Shown here piece by piece: positions 35,305 to 37,648 of a stretch of DNA of 37,648 bases; position 1 is the stretch's first letter, and every line of letters begins with the position of its first letter. The translations under genes were made by a program, and so were the position numbers. Source of the DNA: Bacteroidota bacterium. Its GTDB lineage: Bacteria > Bacteroidota > Bacteroidia > Bacteroidales > VadinHA17. Below the pieces are notes generated by a model. The model did no database searches. It saw nothing but the letters and a program-made list of their open reading frames with translations, and was not told the DNA's origin. Location of the stretch: positions 1 through 37,648 of the forward strand of contig JBNJHQ010000003.1 of the NCBI GenBank assembly GCA_051748705.1. Reading direction: 5' to 3'.

Positions 35305-36696
35305 TTATTTATTAACAATAAGGGTGCCCCAAAGTACTTCGTCTTTATAGTAAACCCTGATGAAATACATTCCTGGCTTCCAACCAGATGTATTTAGTAC
35401 ATATTTATTATCAATAATTGCTGGTATGTTCAGTTTCAGTAATTGACCTTGTGTGTAAACCTCAAGCTGCCATGCGTCATCTACATTATTAGTAACAGCA
35501 TTCATGTTTTCATTAGAGACAATAGTTATTGTAGCCTGTTCAGTTGATGGATTTGGATAAATATCCAATGAAAATAACCCACGCATGCCACAATCAACAT
35601 ATTCAACTTCTTTCTTATTCCAATTTGTTGCAGTTCCGCAATCGTTATTCCCACGGACATGAAACAAATACGTACCTTCAGGTGGGAAACAATCTATAGT
35701 ACCCCAGGTATCGTAAATTGTAAATTGGTCGTAAGTCTGGGTTTCACTCAGATTGGTTAGTTTTATATTGAAATAATTATAGGGATAATCAAATGTAAAT
35801 GAAAACTCATTGCCAAAAAAATTGGTACATAAGTAACCGGGGCCATCAGCACATTCGAATTGAATTGATGCAGGATTAACATAAGGTTTATTTACCCAAA
35901 CATACTTCTTGGAAGTAGTTGCAACCTCGCCACTTGGAGTTGTTATCTCAAGTCTTACCCAACCTTCTCCATCATTGCTTTTTGCCTTTACCCTGTAATC
36001 TGTAGTACCTGCACCACTAACATAATCTAATAGACTAGTATTCCTTGTCCATGAGTAAGTTGACCCAGTGATTGATGTGTTTGAAGTAAATGTCCTCTCT
36101 TGGTTTACACATAGCTCAGAAGATGAACCATCAATACCCGGAAATAGTTTATAGTACTTAATTTGTGAATTTTGGTAAAACGGGCATTGTGCAAGAGTAT
36201 GTTTCACTAATGGCCCATTAGCCCATTTCGAAATAACAGAATCTTGATCTTCAGTCGTTACAGCTGAATGATCACGAGGGAAATATGAAACTCTTAGATG
36301 ATTCACTACTGATTCAGTCTCCTCGTAACTTTTGTTTGCACCTAAATAATATTTTGTAACATTGTATATGGGGGCTCCATATATATCTACATCGTTTATC
36401 CAGCGCAGGTCTGATTGACCCATTCTTCCTTCGATATTATGCCAGGCATATCCATGACAATTATAATACTTAGTTGAATTTGCGAGGATCCTGCAATTAT
36501 AACCATTTGTCCACCAGTCATTCCAATATGCAATTTCTTCTACATCATAGTCCTCATAAATCCAATACTTGAATTGTAGTGCATCTACAGTCACATCTTT
36601 TGGAGTCTGAACTGTAGTGCTTTGATAATCTTGTCCAAAAATGGGCATAATCCCCCATATAAAAAACAAAATTGGAATAGTAATATACTTATTCAT
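35305..36696 (-). CDS. T9SS type-A cargo protein with a putative N-terminal Cys-His (papain-fold-like) domain and a PKD-like domain
   Basis: Signal peptide MNKYITIPILFFIWGIMPIFGQ. Candidate catalytic motifs are YYNCHGYAW and PRDHSAVT...ISKWANGPLVKH. The PKD-like segment reads CVNQERTFTS...YSWTRN. The C-terminal Por secretion tail reads IYPNPS...GMYFIRV...LIVNK. Confidence 0.8.
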   Translation of the reverse strand: MNKYITIPILFFIWGIMPIFGQDYQSTTVQTPKDVTVDALQFKYWIYEDYDVEEIAYWNDWWTNGYNCRILANSTKYYNCHGYAWHNIEGRMGQSDLRWINDVDIYGAPIYNVTKYYLGANKSYEETESVVNHLRVSYFPRDHSAVTTEDQDSVISKWANGPLVKHTLAQCPFYQNSQIKYYKLFPGIDGSSSELCVNQERTFTSNTSITGSTYSWTRNTSLLDYVSGAGTTDYRVKAKSNDGEGWVRLEITTPSGEVATTSKKYVWVNKPYVNPASIQFECADGPGYLCTNFFGNEFSFTFDYPYNYFNIKLTNLSETQTYDQFTIYDTWGTIDCFPPEGTYLFHVRGNNDCGTATNWNKKEVEYVDCGMRGLFSLDIYPNPSTEQATITIVSNENMNAVTNNVDDAWQLEVYTQGQLLKLNIPAIIDNKYVLNTSGWKPGMYFIRVYYKDEVLWGTLIVNK

Positions 36697-36800
36697 AATA
36701 TTTATTTTTTTGGTAATAATAAATTATAATTCTATTGAGTATTAATTTAATTTGCGACTTAAGAAGTTGAGTTTGATAATACTCTTTAAGTCATTTTCGC

Positions 36801-37529
36801 TTAATAACTATTTATAAAATCAATAGCCAAAGCATCAATTTCATTCATTATTTCTCGATCAGGTAGGAATACAGCTTTAATAAAAGAATCATAACGATAA
36901 GTATTATTCTTATACTTTTCTATAAACTTTTCGTATTTAACAAAATCTAATAACCTAGCCATAACAAGATAAGAAATCTGAATCTGAAAGATTGAATATT
37001 TGGCTTTTTGCTTTTGTTTTGCCTTTTGGTAGCTTTCAACTAATAGCTCCTTCAATTCAGACTGACTTAAGTTGATATGAAGACTATTTTGAGCCAACAT
37101 AAACTCTAAGTAGAATATTCTGAATTTAAAACGTCCCTTCTCAAGGTTAGTTGACCTAAGTCCTACATCTTCGGGATTAATCTCATGGTAGAGCAGCAGT
37201 AGCTCTTTACCTGAATCCTTACGTTGGTAGAGTTCCTGAAATCCATTGAATTCTGTACTAACTTGTTCAAAACCTCGCTGCATATTGTTAAAGGCAGTCA
37301 TAGTACAAAACAGAGGATAATCCAGACAGATTTTGGCTAAATCTTTTGTTGATAATTTAAGAATAATATCTTCCGGGATTTGACATATCTCAACCATTTC
37401 CATATGAGATTTCAGTGACTTCCATTTTTCACTTCCAGGTTTAACCGGATAGTCCCAGGTTATTTTAGATTCCTGGCCGGATAAGGAATAAAATGTTAAT
37501 ACAAAAAAAAGTGTTAGAATTTTTCTCAT
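36801..37529 (-). CDS. Secreted hypothetical protein, very AT-rich, predicted mostly helical
   Basis: Signal peptide MRKILTLFFVLTFYSLSGQ. I recognise no family motif. It is co-oriented with, and 104 nt upstream of, the T9SS cargo gene. Confidence 0.6.
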   Translation of the reverse strand: MRKILTLFFVLTFYSLSGQESKITWDYPVKPGSEKWKSLKSHMEMVEICQIPEDIILKLSTKDLAKICLDYPLFCTMTAFNNMQRGFEQVSTEFNGFQELYQRKDSGKELLLLYHEINPEDVGLRSTNLEKGRFKFRIFYLEFMLAQNSLHINLSQSELKELLVESYQKAKQKQKAKYSIFQIQISYLVMARLLDFVKYEKFIEKYKNNTYRYDSFIKAVFLPDREIMNEIDALAIDFINSY

Positions 37530-37536
37530 AACTACT

Positions 37537-37544
37537 CAAATTTA
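37537..37544 (-). promoter_or_regulatory. Candidate -7 box (TAAATTTG) 7 nt upstream of the 36801-37529 start codon
   Basis: Minus-strand TAAATTTG matches TAnnTTTG, with an ATTG 18 nt further upstream. It would give a leaderless or near-leaderless mRNA. Confidence 0.35.
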
Positions 37545-37557
37545 AATGCTAATTGAT

Positions 37558-37640
37558 AAATATCAATACATCGTTTACATAAAATATCATAACATCGTTT
37601 ACATCTAAGGAAGACCAAAATATCATAACATCGTTTACAT
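37558..37640. repeat. Three direct copies of a 23-bp motif AAATATCA(A/T)(T/A)ACATCGTTTACAT
   Basis: Copies lie at 37558-37580, 37582-37604 and 37618-37640. Copies 2 and 3 are identical and copy 1 differs at 2 positions. Start-to-start spacing is 24 and 36 bp. The window ends 8 bp later. Confidence 0.9.
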
Positions 37641-37648
37641 AACGATCG

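Overview
This is a Bacteroidota-type chromosomal segment. The evidence is T9SS type A and type B sorting domains, a PorP/SprF gene, TAnnTTTG-style -7 boxes and very short leaders. Most of the window is housekeeping: dnaK, panB, an RluA-family synthase, fmt, ribBA, cdd, cca, thioredoxin, an LptF/LptG permease, a GH73+LysM muramidase, an OmpR-type two-component pair, tRNA-Val(TAC) and tRNA-Met(CAT). I recognised no transposase, integrase, CRISPR array or known defence gene. Six things are not routine. (1) A 2985-aa T9SS type-B adhesin sits next to its PorP/SprF partner and contains eight near-identical 243-bp repeats with a nested 1245-bp period. (2) In one minus-strand operon, xseA and xseB are separated by two translationally coupled 644-aa TPR sensor kinases, one of which has lost its phospho-acceptor His. 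(3) A GC-rich, hairpin-dense non-coding block of about 500 bp lies downstream of tRNA-Val, and I cannot assign it to any RNA class. (4) Downstream of tRNA-Met there is a 132-bp palindromic double-terminator cassette, then a GC-rich three-helix element. (5) Next comes a truncated Mut7-C/ubiquitin-like gene, followed by an AT-rich two-gene islet encoding a T9SS type-A cargo protein with a putative Cys-His domain and a secreted helical protein. (6) Three 23-bp direct repeats lie at the right window edge. All functional assignments rest on motifs read by eye, because no searches were run.
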